Source of the DNA: Candidatus Micrarchaeota archaeon
GTDB taxonomy: Archaea > Micrarchaeota > Micrarchaeia > Anstonellales > Bilamarchaeaceae
Direction: 5' to 3'
Length of the DNA stretch: 46,178 nucleotides
NCBI GenBank assembly: GCA_043816005.1
Contig: JBDRIM010000005.1
Span: 1 to 46,178, forward strand
The translations under genes and the position numbers were made by a program. The notes under the pieces are model-generated. The model was not told the DNA's origin. It made no database searches and saw nothing but the letters and a program-made list of their open reading frames with translations. Every line of letters starts with the position of its first letter. The stretch's first letter is position 1. This document shows, one piece after another, positions 1 through 9,886 of the stretch.

Positions 1-2
1 GA

Positions 3-1019
3 GAACTTCCATATCCACCCACATCGGATTGTGTTGTTCACAATGATACTGCTTTTGTAGCAAAATCATGTGCAATGCTCCCGGAAGCGTGTAAAGTAAA
101 ACGACTTGTTCCACCACAAAACCAGGATGCTACACAATCACTAAAATGTCCACTTTCTTGTAAAATAATTCCTCCATTAAAATCTGATTGTAGATCTGAC
201 CCAAGCAATGACGATCTTGATGATGGAGATGGTTGTCTTGATTCAAGTTATGATTGCAGAATGGCAAAGTCTAATGCTATGGATTGGAGACCAACAAAAG
301 AAAATGTAGATGGGGATGTTGCTCTGAAATGTTTGATGGCAGCAGGGTGTACTGCAAGCATGACTGCTACACAATCATGTGTATATGTAGTGCCACCAAC
401 AGGACTGTGTAGAGATTTGTGTGGTGGTTGCCCTTCAGAATGCAGAATAACTGGGGCAGAAGTACAACTCCCACCTAGTTGTATTGCTAATGTATTTGCA
501 TGTCTTTCATGTCCAGAAGGATGCAGAGTGTCAGGTGCTGATTTACTTGATAAGAAAGTCGAAGCTACTGCTGCAGGAAAATGCCTAGCGCCAGGTAGTG
601 GGTGTGAAGCAAACAGATTGATCATATCAAATTCTCCACCTCTTCCATATAATTATAATCATGGTTCTTGCGATTACGATGTTTGTCCAGTTGAGTATAG
701 AATACCAGTACCAAGAAGTGCATGTGAAATGTGTATAGCTGCTGAGGAACAGTATACATACCAACCACCAATCAATCCACGTTGTCCAGATCTTTGCAAA
801 CCATCAGATAGAGCACCAGCTGCAGATCCATCTTCATTGACAAAAATAGGACCAGATGGATTAGTTGGAAAACCCATGATACAAGATGTTTCTAAGTATA
901 TGATACCGGTTTACTTGCTTCCGTTATTCAATATAGTTGCAACATTTATCTTCATAAAAAGCCTTTCGCAATTCCTTGGTGGGGACATAGAGATCCCAGG
1001 AATATCTAAGGTGTTTTGA
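3..1019 (+). CDS. 5'-partial Cys-rich membrane protein; paralog of the three downstream CedA/VirB6-like proteins
   Basis: Frame is open from base 3 (ELPYPPTSDC...AKSCA|MLPEAC), so it starts outside the window. Many CxxC/CPxxC units. C-terminal TM segment LLPLFNIVATFIFIKSLSQFLGGDIEI matches the C-terminal motif of the next three ORFs. Confidence 0.8.
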   Translation, partial: ELPYPPTSDCVVHNDTAFVAKSCAMLPEACKVKRLVPPQNQDATQSLKCPLSCKIIPPLKSDCRSDPSNDDLDDGDGCLDSSYDCRMAKSNAMDWRPTKENVDGDVALKCLMAAGCTASMTATQSCVYVVPPTGLCRDLCGGCPSECRITGAEVQLPPSCIANVFACLSCPEGCRVSGADLLDKKVEATAAGKCLAPGSGCEANRLIISNSPPLPYNYNHGSCDYDVCPVEYRIPVPRSACEMCIAAEEQYTYQPPINPRCPDLCKPSDRAPAADPSSLTKIGPDGLVGKPMIQDVSKYMIPVYLLPLFNIVATFIFIKSLSQFLGGDIEIPGISKVF

Positions 1020-1020
1020 T

Positions 1021-1992
1021 ATGAAAAAATTATTACTTTTGTTGTTGTTTGTACCGCTTGTGTTTGCAGGATGGGAAGCAACAGCTGCACTAGCAATAAT
1101 TACAGCAGCAACAATACTTGCAGTATTATATATGATAGGGTTTGGATTTGATATTACCGAATTGAAAATAATGGCTAAAGAAGAATTATTCCAGCTTATT
1201 GCCCTTATGGTAATGATGGTAGTTTTTTATGGTTCAACTAATGTTTTGAATGATAGTTTAATTGATGCAATATCCACCAATGATGCTATGGCACAAAGCA
1301 CGGGCAGCATACAAGATGAAGCAAGTGCAATATTAACAGAATGGAAAGACCAGACAAACACGATCCTAAATAGTATAGTTTCATTAGACAAAAACGCATC
1401 AATAGAATCATCAAAAGCAGACCAATGTAGTTTATTTGGAATGGGTTACAGTGTGAGTGCATGTGGGGGGTTTGCCATGCTTAATCCCCCCCTGAGTATG
1501 GCTGGTGGAATAACAGGATTTGCTCTTGCTGAAGTAAACGGCATGCACCGGTTTATAGAAATTTCGAAAGAATACGCACTTACTATCCTTATGCCAATAG
1601 GAATTCTTCTGAGGACCTTCAAGATAACACGAGGTGCTGGGGGATTTTTTATTGCACTAGCAATATCAATGCATATTATGCTTCCACTTGGTATAATCTT
1701 CAATGAAATGGTTGCCAAAACATTTGATAACACAAACCCACCTGATTACACTGGGATAACAATGGGATCAATAAGTGAATGCTCGCCAGGTGATCCTGGT
1801 TCAAATGAAGGAGCAATAAAAGATGATTATATGGACCTTAGACGGGGGATCCGAGGCCAACTAAGCACGATATTATTAAGATCAACATTGGGTCCGGTAC
1901 TAGGATTATTGATTATGATGGCGTCAATTCGTGGTCTAAGTTCACTCATGGGTGCTGAAGTAGATGTAAGTTCAATATCGAGGTTTACCTGA
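1021..1992 (+). CDS. Polytopic membrane protein, putative CedA/TedA(VirB6)-like
   Basis: Signal peptide, several TM helices, motif PIGILLRTFKITRGAGGFFIALAISMHIMLP, C-terminal GPVL...LMGAEVD. Family call by eye. Confidence 0.6.
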   Translation: MKKLLLLLLFVPLVFAGWEATAALAIITAATILAVLYMIGFGFDITELKIMAKEELFQLIALMVMMVVFYGSTNVLNDSLIDAISTNDAMAQSTGSIQDEASAILTEWKDQTNTILNSIVSLDKNASIESSKADQCSLFGMGYSVSACGGFAMLNPPLSMAGGITGFALAEVNGMHRFIEISKEYALTILMPIGILLRTFKITRGAGGFFIALAISMHIMLPLGIIFNEMVAKTFDNTNPPDYTGITMGSISECSPGDPGSNEGAIKDDYMDLRRGIRGQLSTILLRSTLGPVLGLLIMMASIRGLSSLMGAEVDVSSISRFT

Positions 1993-3056
1993 TGGCAGTA
2001 GACTTAATATTGTGTGGTGCAACTTTTGATAGTTTCATGACAGGAACGATATTGCCACTTGTTGGAATTGCTGCCATGACAACATCGCTATTGATAGCAA
2101 TAAGTTTTATGGCTGGAAGAGCTCTTTCAAATCCAAAATTAATATTATGGTCAAAAACAGAAATCATACAATTGGGCATATCTTTGTTTACCATATTCAT
2201 AATAACGGCTTCAGTTACAACATTCTGCAATTTGAATGTTAGAAGCATAGAAGAAGCACTTGGATTGACACCCACTATGGGTGCAACAGTAAATATTTAT
2301 CAAGCAGCATCAGAATATCTGCGAGATGCCACTATATACACACATAACGCAATAGTTGTTTCAAGATATCAACTGGAAGCATATACTGTTCTCTCTTATT
2401 TCAGCGCATTTGAGTGTGATTGGCCAATAGGAAGAGTTGGGATAGGCTGTTGGTTTGGATGGGGAGGAACAAATATGCAGAACTTTGGTGGATATGGGGC
2501 TGCAATGGCAGCTCTAAATACATCATTTAACAGTTTGCTGATCACATATTTTACACTTATAAATCATATTTTCATTCTTCTTTTCATATACAAAGGATTT
2601 GCATTTTTCTTTTTGCCAGTTGGGATTTTGATGCGCTCTCTGCCATATCTAAGGCATTTTGGTGCAGTACTAATAGCGATTTCCATGGCATTTTTGATTG
2701 TTTATCCAGCAATGCTTGCAATTTTCAATATTATGGGAGATGTGTTACTTGATCGGCCACATTTATCTCCAGAAGATAAAGCAACTACTTTCAAAAATGC
2801 AGAAGCTTGGATGGTTGATCTTACGCAAGCAGATTTCTTGGGTATGAGTGCTGCTGGTCCAGGCACAGTTGAAGACAATTATATTGGAGGAGGAAAAGGG
2901 GATATAGGATATGCATTAATGTTTACGGCATATGCTTTCATTGCAGGTGGATTTTTTCCTTCCGTGGCATTATTAGCCACCATTGCAAGCGTATCTTACA
3001 TAGCAAGACTTTACGGTGATGAAATAGACTTAAGTAGAATAGTTCAGATGGTGTAG
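1992..3056 (+). CDS. Polytopic membrane protein, putative CedA/TedA(VirB6)-like
   Basis: TGATG overlap with the previous gene. Motif PVGILMRSLPYLRHFGAVLIAISMAFLIVYP; C-terminal FFPSV...LYGDEID. Confidence 0.6.
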   Translation: MAVDLILCGATFDSFMTGTILPLVGIAAMTTSLLIAISFMAGRALSNPKLILWSKTEIIQLGISLFTIFIITASVTTFCNLNVRSIEEALGLTPTMGATVNIYQAASEYLRDATIYTHNAIVVSRYQLEAYTVLSYFSAFECDWPIGRVGIGCWFGWGGTNMQNFGGYGAAMAALNTSFNSLLITYFTLINHIFILLFIYKGFAFFFLPVGILMRSLPYLRHFGAVLIAISMAFLIVYPAMLAIFNIMGDVLLDRPHLSPEDKATTFKNAEAWMVDLTQADFLGMSAAGPGTVEDNYIGGGKGDIGYALMFTAYAFIAGGFFPSVALLATIASVSYIARLYGDEIDLSRIVQMV

Positions 3057-3066
3057 GGGTAATAAA

Positions 3067-4131
3067 ATGGATTTGATACTAACAATACCAAGTTTTCTTC
3101 AAAACCTTGGGGTTCCAACATGGACTGGAACATGGCTCCCACTTTCAATACTAGCAGTTTTAGTTTCAGTTCTTATTCATAATATACTTCTTATGCTTGC
3201 AAAAGCATTTAGTGTCAAAGAATTAGAAAATTATGCAACATCTGAGATATTACAAGCAGCAAGCACTGGTTTTATGGCGATATCACTTGTTGTTATAGTA
3301 TCTAGTGCAATGACAGTTGCAGGTAGCACGATAACCGGATCAATGCCCTGCTTTGGCGATACAATAAATATTGAGAATGGTCCGGATGATGTAACAAATA
3401 AGGTTATGGATGATGCCTACAGAGCAATATTATGCAGAATACAAGAAAAAGCAAAATCAATGGCAACCATTCAAAGTTATATCCTTGATGCTGATGCAGG
3501 AACATCAACTTATAATAATTATTTCGTATCAAATATGGCTTTGAGTATATTTGGAATTACTTATTTTCAAGGAAGTTGGCTAGGAAGTGTATATGAAGAA
3601 ATAGAAACTCGAAGAATAGTCAACAACTTACTTACAACACTTTTGATAGGTTTGAATGCACAGATGCAACTGATAGGGTATATACGGATCAACATGCTGC
3701 ACATATTTATTCCGTTAGGAGTATTGCTGCGAAGTTTTTATTTTACACGGGGACCAGGAGCGTTTATGATAGCCCTCGGAGTTGGTTTGTATTTTATATT
3801 CCCAGTATTTTATGTGTTAATGGACCCCGGATTTGTACCTGCACCACCAGCACCTCCAAATACCGGTGGAACACCGATACAGCAATATTGTTATCCAACG
3901 ATGAGTACTGCAGTGAGTGTAGTTCAGAGCGTTAATACACAAGGCGCAACCCCTGCAGGTTCTTCTCTTAGTTTTTCACAATTAAGAAATGAACTTGGAA
4001 AAACATATATAGGATTAATACTGCATCCCTTGATAGCATTTTTCCTTACAATGGTTTTTGTAAGATACATGATGTCTATTTTAGGAGCAGATACAACAGA
4101 TATGACGAAGATGATTACAAAAGTGATATAA
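3067..4131 (+). CDS. Polytopic membrane protein, putative CedA/TedA(VirB6)-like
   Basis: Motif PLGVLLRSFYFTRGPGAFMIALGVGLYFIFP; C-terminal LHPLI...ILGADT. GGGGT RBS-like sequence upstream. Confidence 0.6.
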   Translation: MDLILTIPSFLQNLGVPTWTGTWLPLSILAVLVSVLIHNILLMLAKAFSVKELENYATSEILQAASTGFMAISLVVIVSSAMTVAGSTITGSMPCFGDTINIENGPDDVTNKVMDDAYRAILCRIQEKAKSMATIQSYILDADAGTSTYNNYFVSNMALSIFGITYFQGSWLGSVYEEIETRRIVNNLLTTLLIGLNAQMQLIGYIRINMLHIFIPLGVLLRSFYFTRGPGAFMIALGVGLYFIFPVFYVLMDPGFVPAPPAPPNTGGTPIQQYCYPTMSTAVSVVQSVNTQGATPAGSSLSFSQLRNELGKTYIGLILHPLIAFFLTMVFVRYMMSILGADTTDMTKMITKVI

Positions 4132-7100
4132 TGAAAAAAATGATTATTTTGATTATTCTTGCAATTATCGCAGTTGGATGTCTAGAGGAAATTAACGATC
4201 TTGGATGTTGTAATAAGGATGAAGCAACCGATTCAAATAATCCAAGGTGTGTCATAATTGATGCAATAGAAGAAGCACCAACAGGAGTAGAATATGATGT
4301 AACTGATGTATGTGATGCAACTAGCGGATGTAATGCAATAGTAGCACCTGGAGAAACTATGATAATACCAGTATGTACAAAAGATTACAAAGTTTCTTGC
4401 TTAAACCCCGATTGTACTGCTATGGTATGTGGCGAATTTTCATTTACACCAAGACTAGCACCAGGTTATGCAAATGCTGATTCAGAATCAGATGAACCAC
4501 CAGAAGATGCAGTTGGTGATGCACCTGCAAGTGAAGATAGTGCTGCACAGAATTTCTATAAAGCCAGATGTAGATTTTTACCGATGGATATTAATTTCAA
4601 GAAGATAATGAAAAGCAGTAAATCAGTTATTAATGTTTTTAGGCTTGGAGCTGGTGGATCATTTGATGAATATGATCAATATCGATACTACTTACCGATG
4701 TCGGATAAGTTCTGTGCTTTGAATTTGCCATCAATTGCAAGTGAAGGAAAAGTTGACAGATATATGAATTACCTCCAACCAGGTCCAGCGTCTTATAATG
4801 AGGAAATAACAACAAATTGTTTGACTGATGCCACTGCACCACCACCATTTAGGTATAACGGATTGGATGTTAACCTGAATGATTACGGCACAGTTGTACC
4901 AGATATAACAGGATATAAATTTGCAAGACAGCTGAGGCGTTCACAAGATGCTGTATGGGATGAAAATAACTGTGGGGGGGTATATGTATATACTGGAACA
5001 ACAAGAAACGCCATATTTAAGAGAATAGATACTGGTTACTACAAACGATATCTATCCTCTGCATATGCCGAATTAATATATGATGTTGATAATATTGGAT
5101 TGGGTAGAGCTTCTTTTGAGTGTAGAATAGATAAATCAGAATGTTATTCTGGAAAATGTGATACTTCAGTCTACAATAGAGGTGTATTGGTAAAAGGAAC
5201 ATCAGCAGACCCGAATGCTGACATTGAAGTTGCAACTGATTGTTTCAAGGCCCTTGATGAGAACAAGAGAGAAATGGTTTTCTGCTATCCAACCAAAGAT
5301 GTTATAGTAAACTCAGAAACTGACCCGCCAACATTCAATTATGCAAGTGTACCAATCAAACTTCAATATCTTGAACTTGTTCATACTTATGGCGATGATG
5401 GAGCAGAGATTTTTAATGATAGAGACTTTGATAATATAGATGATGAAGGGGATGTTGTTGATGGCGATGGTGACACTATTGAGGAGTACTGGGCTAATGT
5501 TGCCAATGAGGTTATATTTATGGATCCACCTGCAAACTCAAAATACCCAGTATACTTAACAAAGGCAATTAAAACAATGAGTTTTGATATCAGGCAAAAG
5601 AAGTTTTGTGGGAATCCTGCATCTTATTATGCAAATGAAAATTGGTCTGTTTACTGTACGCAGATGACACAAGAAATTTATGGACCGCCAATAGGGGGTG
5701 CAGTGTTCTTTGGTAAGCCAAAAACCGAAGGAGAAATTACCTATCATGGAAATAGAATAATCGGGTATGCCTTAGCAACTCCAACTGAATTCCAGGATAT
5801 ATATGCAATCGACCGTTGTGGATTGAACCATGATCCAATGTTTCCAAATAGAGAGGCTTTGATTGAGGGAACTATGAGTAATGCAACATGTATTTACCAA
5901 TGTACAAATAGCTGTACAGGACCAGGAATTCAAGCTGGTTGTAATAGTTGGTGCAATAAAAATATTGATAGTCCTCCAGAACCATGCACCCTTTCAACTA
6001 ATCCAGATAAAATTTATGAAACCGAAGATTACATACGCGTGCATTTAACAGGTATGAATACACCAGAATGGAAAGAATTAATGGAGGGTTTTGAAACATA
6101 TTATAAGGATAGGATGGTTGCGATGAGGGATGTTGCAGTTGAGGATTGTGATCATGAGTTCATACCAGCCGATGCAGTATTTTCTGCAATGCCATGGGTG
6201 GTATCATTCGCAGTTGTAGGAAAAACAGATCATGTACACACCCCTGGTGATACTTTTTTCAATGAGTTAGCAAGTCAAGGAGAAACTCCAACAAAACTTT
6301 CTCAAATTCGAAATACGTACCACAATATCAATTATCAGAAGACTTTGCTAAGTGGATCTGCGGCACAAGCATTTAGAAAGAGAAATATTTTTGATTTGCC
6401 CATGGGAACAACAAGAGGAACAACAGCCTGCAATCTTGAATGGTTGGAATATGAATGGTTGAATGATGATTGGGCGTATTATCGCGATAGAGCATTTTAC
6501 TATCTCGCATATAGCACTGATATTTATCTCTTTAAAGGAAAAGCTGGAGAAGATAGCTTCGGACAGTGTAAGATTGATGATAACACTAAATTGCCAGTGA
6601 TAAAAGAACTTGGGTGGTGCGAACCATGTACAACTTCAACAATTGCATATCAAAAAGTAACACTTCGAGATAAACCTTATCTTCCTCTTATGAACTATAA
6701 GATTGATATAAATGGTATAGACGAGTTACCAGCCTCACTTAATGATATAATGGATACAATAGTTATATGTTCAGCTGAATATGATAGGTCATTTGGGTAT
6801 GGGGGGTATGGATCACTTGGCTGTGGAAGTGCAATGGACACCATTACTTGCAATAATGATGAGATACCAGATGTTAGTGATCTTTCTGGGATATCATTTG
6901 GATTATCCGGGACACCAAGATCAATACCAGATGCAACCATACTTAAGGAGAGAATTGGCAATTATATGAGGTCAGGAATATTACCAGTTATTGATCTTAG
7001 TGATGAATCAAATTGGAATCTCACTAATCCCAATTACCATCATGTTGACGGTTTAGACGATTTTTTTGGGACGGATAGTTCACCGCCAACTGACTATGCT

Positions 7101-8381
7101 TTTTATGATTTTGAAAAATTAATTGGTAATATGGGCGTGGTTGTTGTAATAATTGACACTATAGACTTACACAATACCGAACTTACGCAAGACCAAGCAA
7201 ATCAAATAGCAGGAAGACTGATAGAACGAGCAGAGCAGGTAAAAGGCAAATGCGATGGTTGTTTGGTAGCAGTTCGTTTTTCACCAGAACCATTTTACAG
7301 GCAAAAACTTAGCGATGCCGTAATTTCAATACTAAGTTCTGATCCATCTTTGAACAATATGGTGGACATAATAGCATATAGCTACTTTATCGGTGGTCAC
7401 CCTGTCGAAGGGGATGGAGATTACGCAGATAGAGTGGTTAATAATATTCAAGCATTTTCTGCGGATATTCTTGAGGCTCCTGGAATAAATAAATTAACAA
7501 TGATTGTTGGTTTAACTGCAGCGGATAATGACCAAGGATGGACAAATGGAGGATACGCAAGTATACTTGATCGAATTGTTTTGAGACAATCAGATCTTAT
7601 TAGATCTGGACTTATTGGAATTGTATACTTCCCAATTAGAGATTATGCCGGCGGAGATGGATTTATTACCGTGACAGATCCACCAGAATCTTTAGGAACA
7701 AAAGATAATAGATTTTGTATACTTCAAAATTCATTCCAAATTATGTCAACCACACCACCATCTGCGGTTTTCAATAGAGTGGATGCTGAGAATCAAATTA
7801 ATTGTACGCTTTGTAGCTCAGTAGACATAGCACAAGGAAGTTGTGGACCAGAACCTGGTGACACCTTCCCACTATGCGATGATGGAAGTTTCTGTACTAT
7901 GCCAAATGCGAATTTAGCATTACCACTAAATGATCCATACCGGATACCAGAACCTATAAATTTCAAATGTCTATCAGGAAGTGTAAAGGACACCACCTGT
8001 GAGGTTTGTAGTGAACTTAGTGGTCATTATGTATGCACAAGAAAATTCCAAAATAATAGCCAAGACACAATAACTGGGCTTATGTCAGAACTAGATTCAG
8101 ACCTGTATCTTGATGTAATAGGTGGTATAGAAAAACCTAATAAATGCTGCCTAGCAGTTGACGTTGTTGGTCTTAATGGACCAGAAACATACAAATATAC
8201 ATATACAAAAGAAAGTTCAATATCACCAGTTAACAAACCCATAGTTTATTCAAAAGCAGGTTACACTGAAGTAGATTGTGGATTTGGATCAACCAGTGGG
8301 TTTGGAGATACAACCAGTTTCTGTGGTCAAAGCGTAATACCAATTAGAAATTACGATATAAATTGCACTTTAACTCCGTGA
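4131..8381 (+). CDS. 1416-aa Cys-rich surface lipoprotein with a possible glycoside-hydrolase-like TIM-barrel region
   Basis: MKK plus hydrophobic stretch plus AVGC lipobox. TAATG overlap with the upstream gene. Abundant Cys; acidic D-x-D-G segment; alternating alpha/beta pattern at about aa 935-1170. Confidence 0.75.
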   Translation: MKKMIILIILAIIAVGCLEEINDLGCCNKDEATDSNNPRCVIIDAIEEAPTGVEYDVTDVCDATSGCNAIVAPGETMIIPVCTKDYKVSCLNPDCTAMVCGEFSFTPRLAPGYANADSESDEPPEDAVGDAPASEDSAAQNFYKARCRFLPMDINFKKIMKSSKSVINVFRLGAGGSFDEYDQYRYYLPMSDKFCALNLPSIASEGKVDRYMNYLQPGPASYNEEITTNCLTDATAPPPFRYNGLDVNLNDYGTVVPDITGYKFARQLRRSQDAVWDENNCGGVYVYTGTTRNAIFKRIDTGYYKRYLSSAYAELIYDVDNIGLGRASFECRIDKSECYSGKCDTSVYNRGVLVKGTSADPNADIEVATDCFKALDENKREMVFCYPTKDVIVNSETDPPTFNYASVPIKLQYLELVHTYGDDGAEIFNDRDFDNIDDEGDVVDGDGDTIEEYWANVANEVIFMDPPANSKYPVYLTKAIKTMSFDIRQKKFCGNPASYYANENWSVYCTQMTQEIYGPPIGGAVFFGKPKTEGEITYHGNRIIGYALATPTEFQDIYAIDRCGLNHDPMFPNREALIEGTMSNATCIYQCTNSCTGPGIQAGCNSWCNKNIDSPPEPCTLSTNPDKIYETEDYIRVHLTGMNTPEWKELMEGFETYYKDRMVAMRDVAVEDCDHEFIPADAVFSAMPWVVSFAVVGKTDHVHTPGDTFFNELASQGETPTKLSQIRNTYHNINYQKTLLSGSAAQAFRKRNIFDLPMGTTRGTTACNLEWLEYEWLNDDWAYYRDRAFYYLAYSTDIYLFKGKAGEDSFGQCKIDDNTKLPVIKELGWCEPCTTSTIAYQKVTLRDKPYLPLMNYKIDINGIDELPASLNDIMDTIVICSAEYDRSFGYGGYGSLGCGSAMDTITCNNDEIPDVSDLSGISFGLSGTPRSIPDATILKERIGNYMRSGILPVIDLSDESNWNLTNPNYHHVDGLDDFFGTDSSPPTDYAFYDFEKLIGNMGVVVVIIDTIDLHNTELTQDQANQIAGRLIERAEQVKGKCDGCLVAVRFSPEPFYRQKLSDAVISILSSDPSLNNMVDIIAYSYFIGGHPVEGDGDYADRVVNNIQAFSADILEAPGINKLTMIVGLTAADNDQGWTNGGYASILDRIVLRQSDLIRSGLIGIVYFPIRDYAGGDGFITVTDPPESLGTKDNRFCILQNSFQIMSTTPPSAVFNRVDAENQINCTLCSSVDIAQGSCGPEPGDTFPLCDDGSFCTMPNANLALPLNDPYRIPEPINFKCLSGSVKDTTCEVCSELSGHYVCTRKFQNNSQDTITGLMSELDSDLYLDVIGGIEKPNKCCLAVDVVGLNGPETYKYTYTKESSISPVNKPIVYSKAGYTEVDCGFGSTSGFGDTTSFCGQSVIPIRNYDINCTLTP

Positions 8382-8387
8382 TTTCAC

Positions 8388-8702
8388 ATGGGAATGTTTG
8401 ACTTTCTTGGCGGTAAAAAAACAGCCCGTGGGCAGAACTGTCCGAATTGTGGAGAGGTTATCAACCTCACTATGGAAAGATGCCCAAAATGCGGTGTAAG
8501 AATAAAAAGTATGTTCCGCCGCAGATGTCCAAAATGTGAAACACTCAATGAATTGGACATAAAAAAATGCATAAAATGCTTTTATGATTTTGAAGCAGAA
8601 TCAGAAAGGGCTAATAAAACTTTCTATGTATGCCCTATATGTGGGTACAAAATGGAAAGCATGTACACCCAATGCCCAGCATGTAGCACTAAATTCGCGT
8701 GA
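8388..8702 (+). CDS. Zinc-ribbon repeat protein (six CxxC)
   Basis: CPNC, CPKC, CPKC, CIKC, CPIC, CPAC. Confidence 0.8.
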   Translation: MGMFDFLGGKKTARGQNCPNCGEVINLTMERCPKCGVRIKSMFRRRCPKCETLNELDIKKCIKCFYDFEAESERANKTFYVCPICGYKMESMYTQCPACSTKFA

Positions 8703-8707
8703 GATAA

Positions 8708-9301
8708 ATGGAATCATTCAAACAGACAGAAAAGAAAAAGGATTTTGAAAGTCCTAAGAAAAAATTCTTGCACCTCCTAGACGAGGATGAGGTAGAAGTA
8801 AAACGCCTCACTATAGAAGACATAGACGAATGCGTAAAGGTAATGAGAAAATGTGCTTTTGATGTGACTGAAGTTGAAGTAGGAAATATAGTCAAATATG
8901 GCAAAAGCTTTGGTGCAGCAGTAAATCGCATGATTATCGGAGTTGGATTAGGTTGGCCTGCCTGTCTTGACCCAAAACAAATGATAATAACTAACAGTCA
9001 ACCAAATGCTATGTATCTTGAGGATCCTGCAGTCCTACTTGCTTATGAAGGAAGAGGAGTTAGAAGAATTCTGCTTAAGGAACGAGAAAGAGAGGCAGTG
9101 CAATCACAATATGAATACGCAATGGGCTACCTCTATGAGGATATACCAAAAGAGAACATAGCAGATTACATAACAGAAGCAGGTAGTCAGTTGGAGAAAT
9201 TATATCTTTCAGAAGAATACAAGTTCATAAGAACAGAAAAAGGAATTCTTGCCTTTAAAAAACTTGGAAAGCAAGAATCAGAGATAAAAAAAGAAGAGTG
9301 A
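8708..9301 (+). CDS. GNAT-family N-acetyltransferase-like protein
   Basis: VKRLTIEDIDE start of the fold; AVLLAYEGRGVRRILL acetyl-CoA-binding motif A; KLYLSEEY motif B. Confidence 0.65.
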   Translation: MESFKQTEKKKDFESPKKKFLHLLDEDEVEVKRLTIEDIDECVKVMRKCAFDVTEVEVGNIVKYGKSFGAAVNRMIIGVGLGWPACLDPKQMIITNSQPNAMYLEDPAVLLAYEGRGVRRILLKEREREAVQSQYEYAMGYLYEDIPKENIADYITEAGSQLEKLYLSEEYKFIRTEKGILAFKKLGKQESEIKKEE

Positions 9302-9835
9302 TTATTTCTTTTTTCTCTTATTATTTGAATGTTTCCTTTTTGATTTAACACTCAAATTCAGTGTCCCCAATTCTTTGGCAAGTAGATAAATTTCAGCTTT
9401 TGATAAATTACTTTCTAGAAGAGGACTTTTTACTTTGGCTTGTTTTGCAGCAAGTAAATGCATGCTTCTCGTGTTCAAATCGTCAAGATGAAAGCCATTA
9501 ATAATGTTCTTTAATTTCATCCGCATTGCAACACTTTTCAGAGTACTGTAAAGCTTAGAAGAACCAAAGCGCGGTGATTTAAGCGAACTTTGTCGATCAA
9601 GAACTATGTGTGTAACTCCTACGATTTTTGCTATTTGTCTAGCTATGTCTATTTCAGAACTTGGATAGTCATCTGTAATGGAGGTTACTGCCACCGCCTT
9701 ATCACCAAGTTCTTCACGACATATACGCATAAGGAATGTACTATCAACACCACCAGAAAATGCAACCAATGCACTGTCTAATTTTCGTATTTTTTGCCTA
9801 AGTACCAGCATCTTTTGTTCAATTGATTTATCCAT
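9302..9835 (-). CDS. Truncated LarE-like PP-loop ATPase
   Basis: VAFSGGVDST PP-loop, ELGDKAVAVT, SPLLESNLSKAEI. Lacks the Cys motifs and the C-terminal domain of full LarE. Confidence 0.7.
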   Translation of the reverse strand: MDKSIEQKMLVLRQKIRKLDSALVAFSGGVDSTFLMRICREELGDKAVAVTSITDDYPSSEIDIARQIAKIVGVTHIVLDRQSSLKSPRFGSSKLYSTLKSVAMRMKLKNIINGFHLDDLNTRSMHLLAAKQAKVKSPLLESNLSKAEIYLLAKELGTLNLSVKSKRKHSNNKRKKK

Positions 9836-9886
9836 AAGGATTAGACATGGTGATCAATTTATTAAGATAGCCCAAAAGAAATCAAT

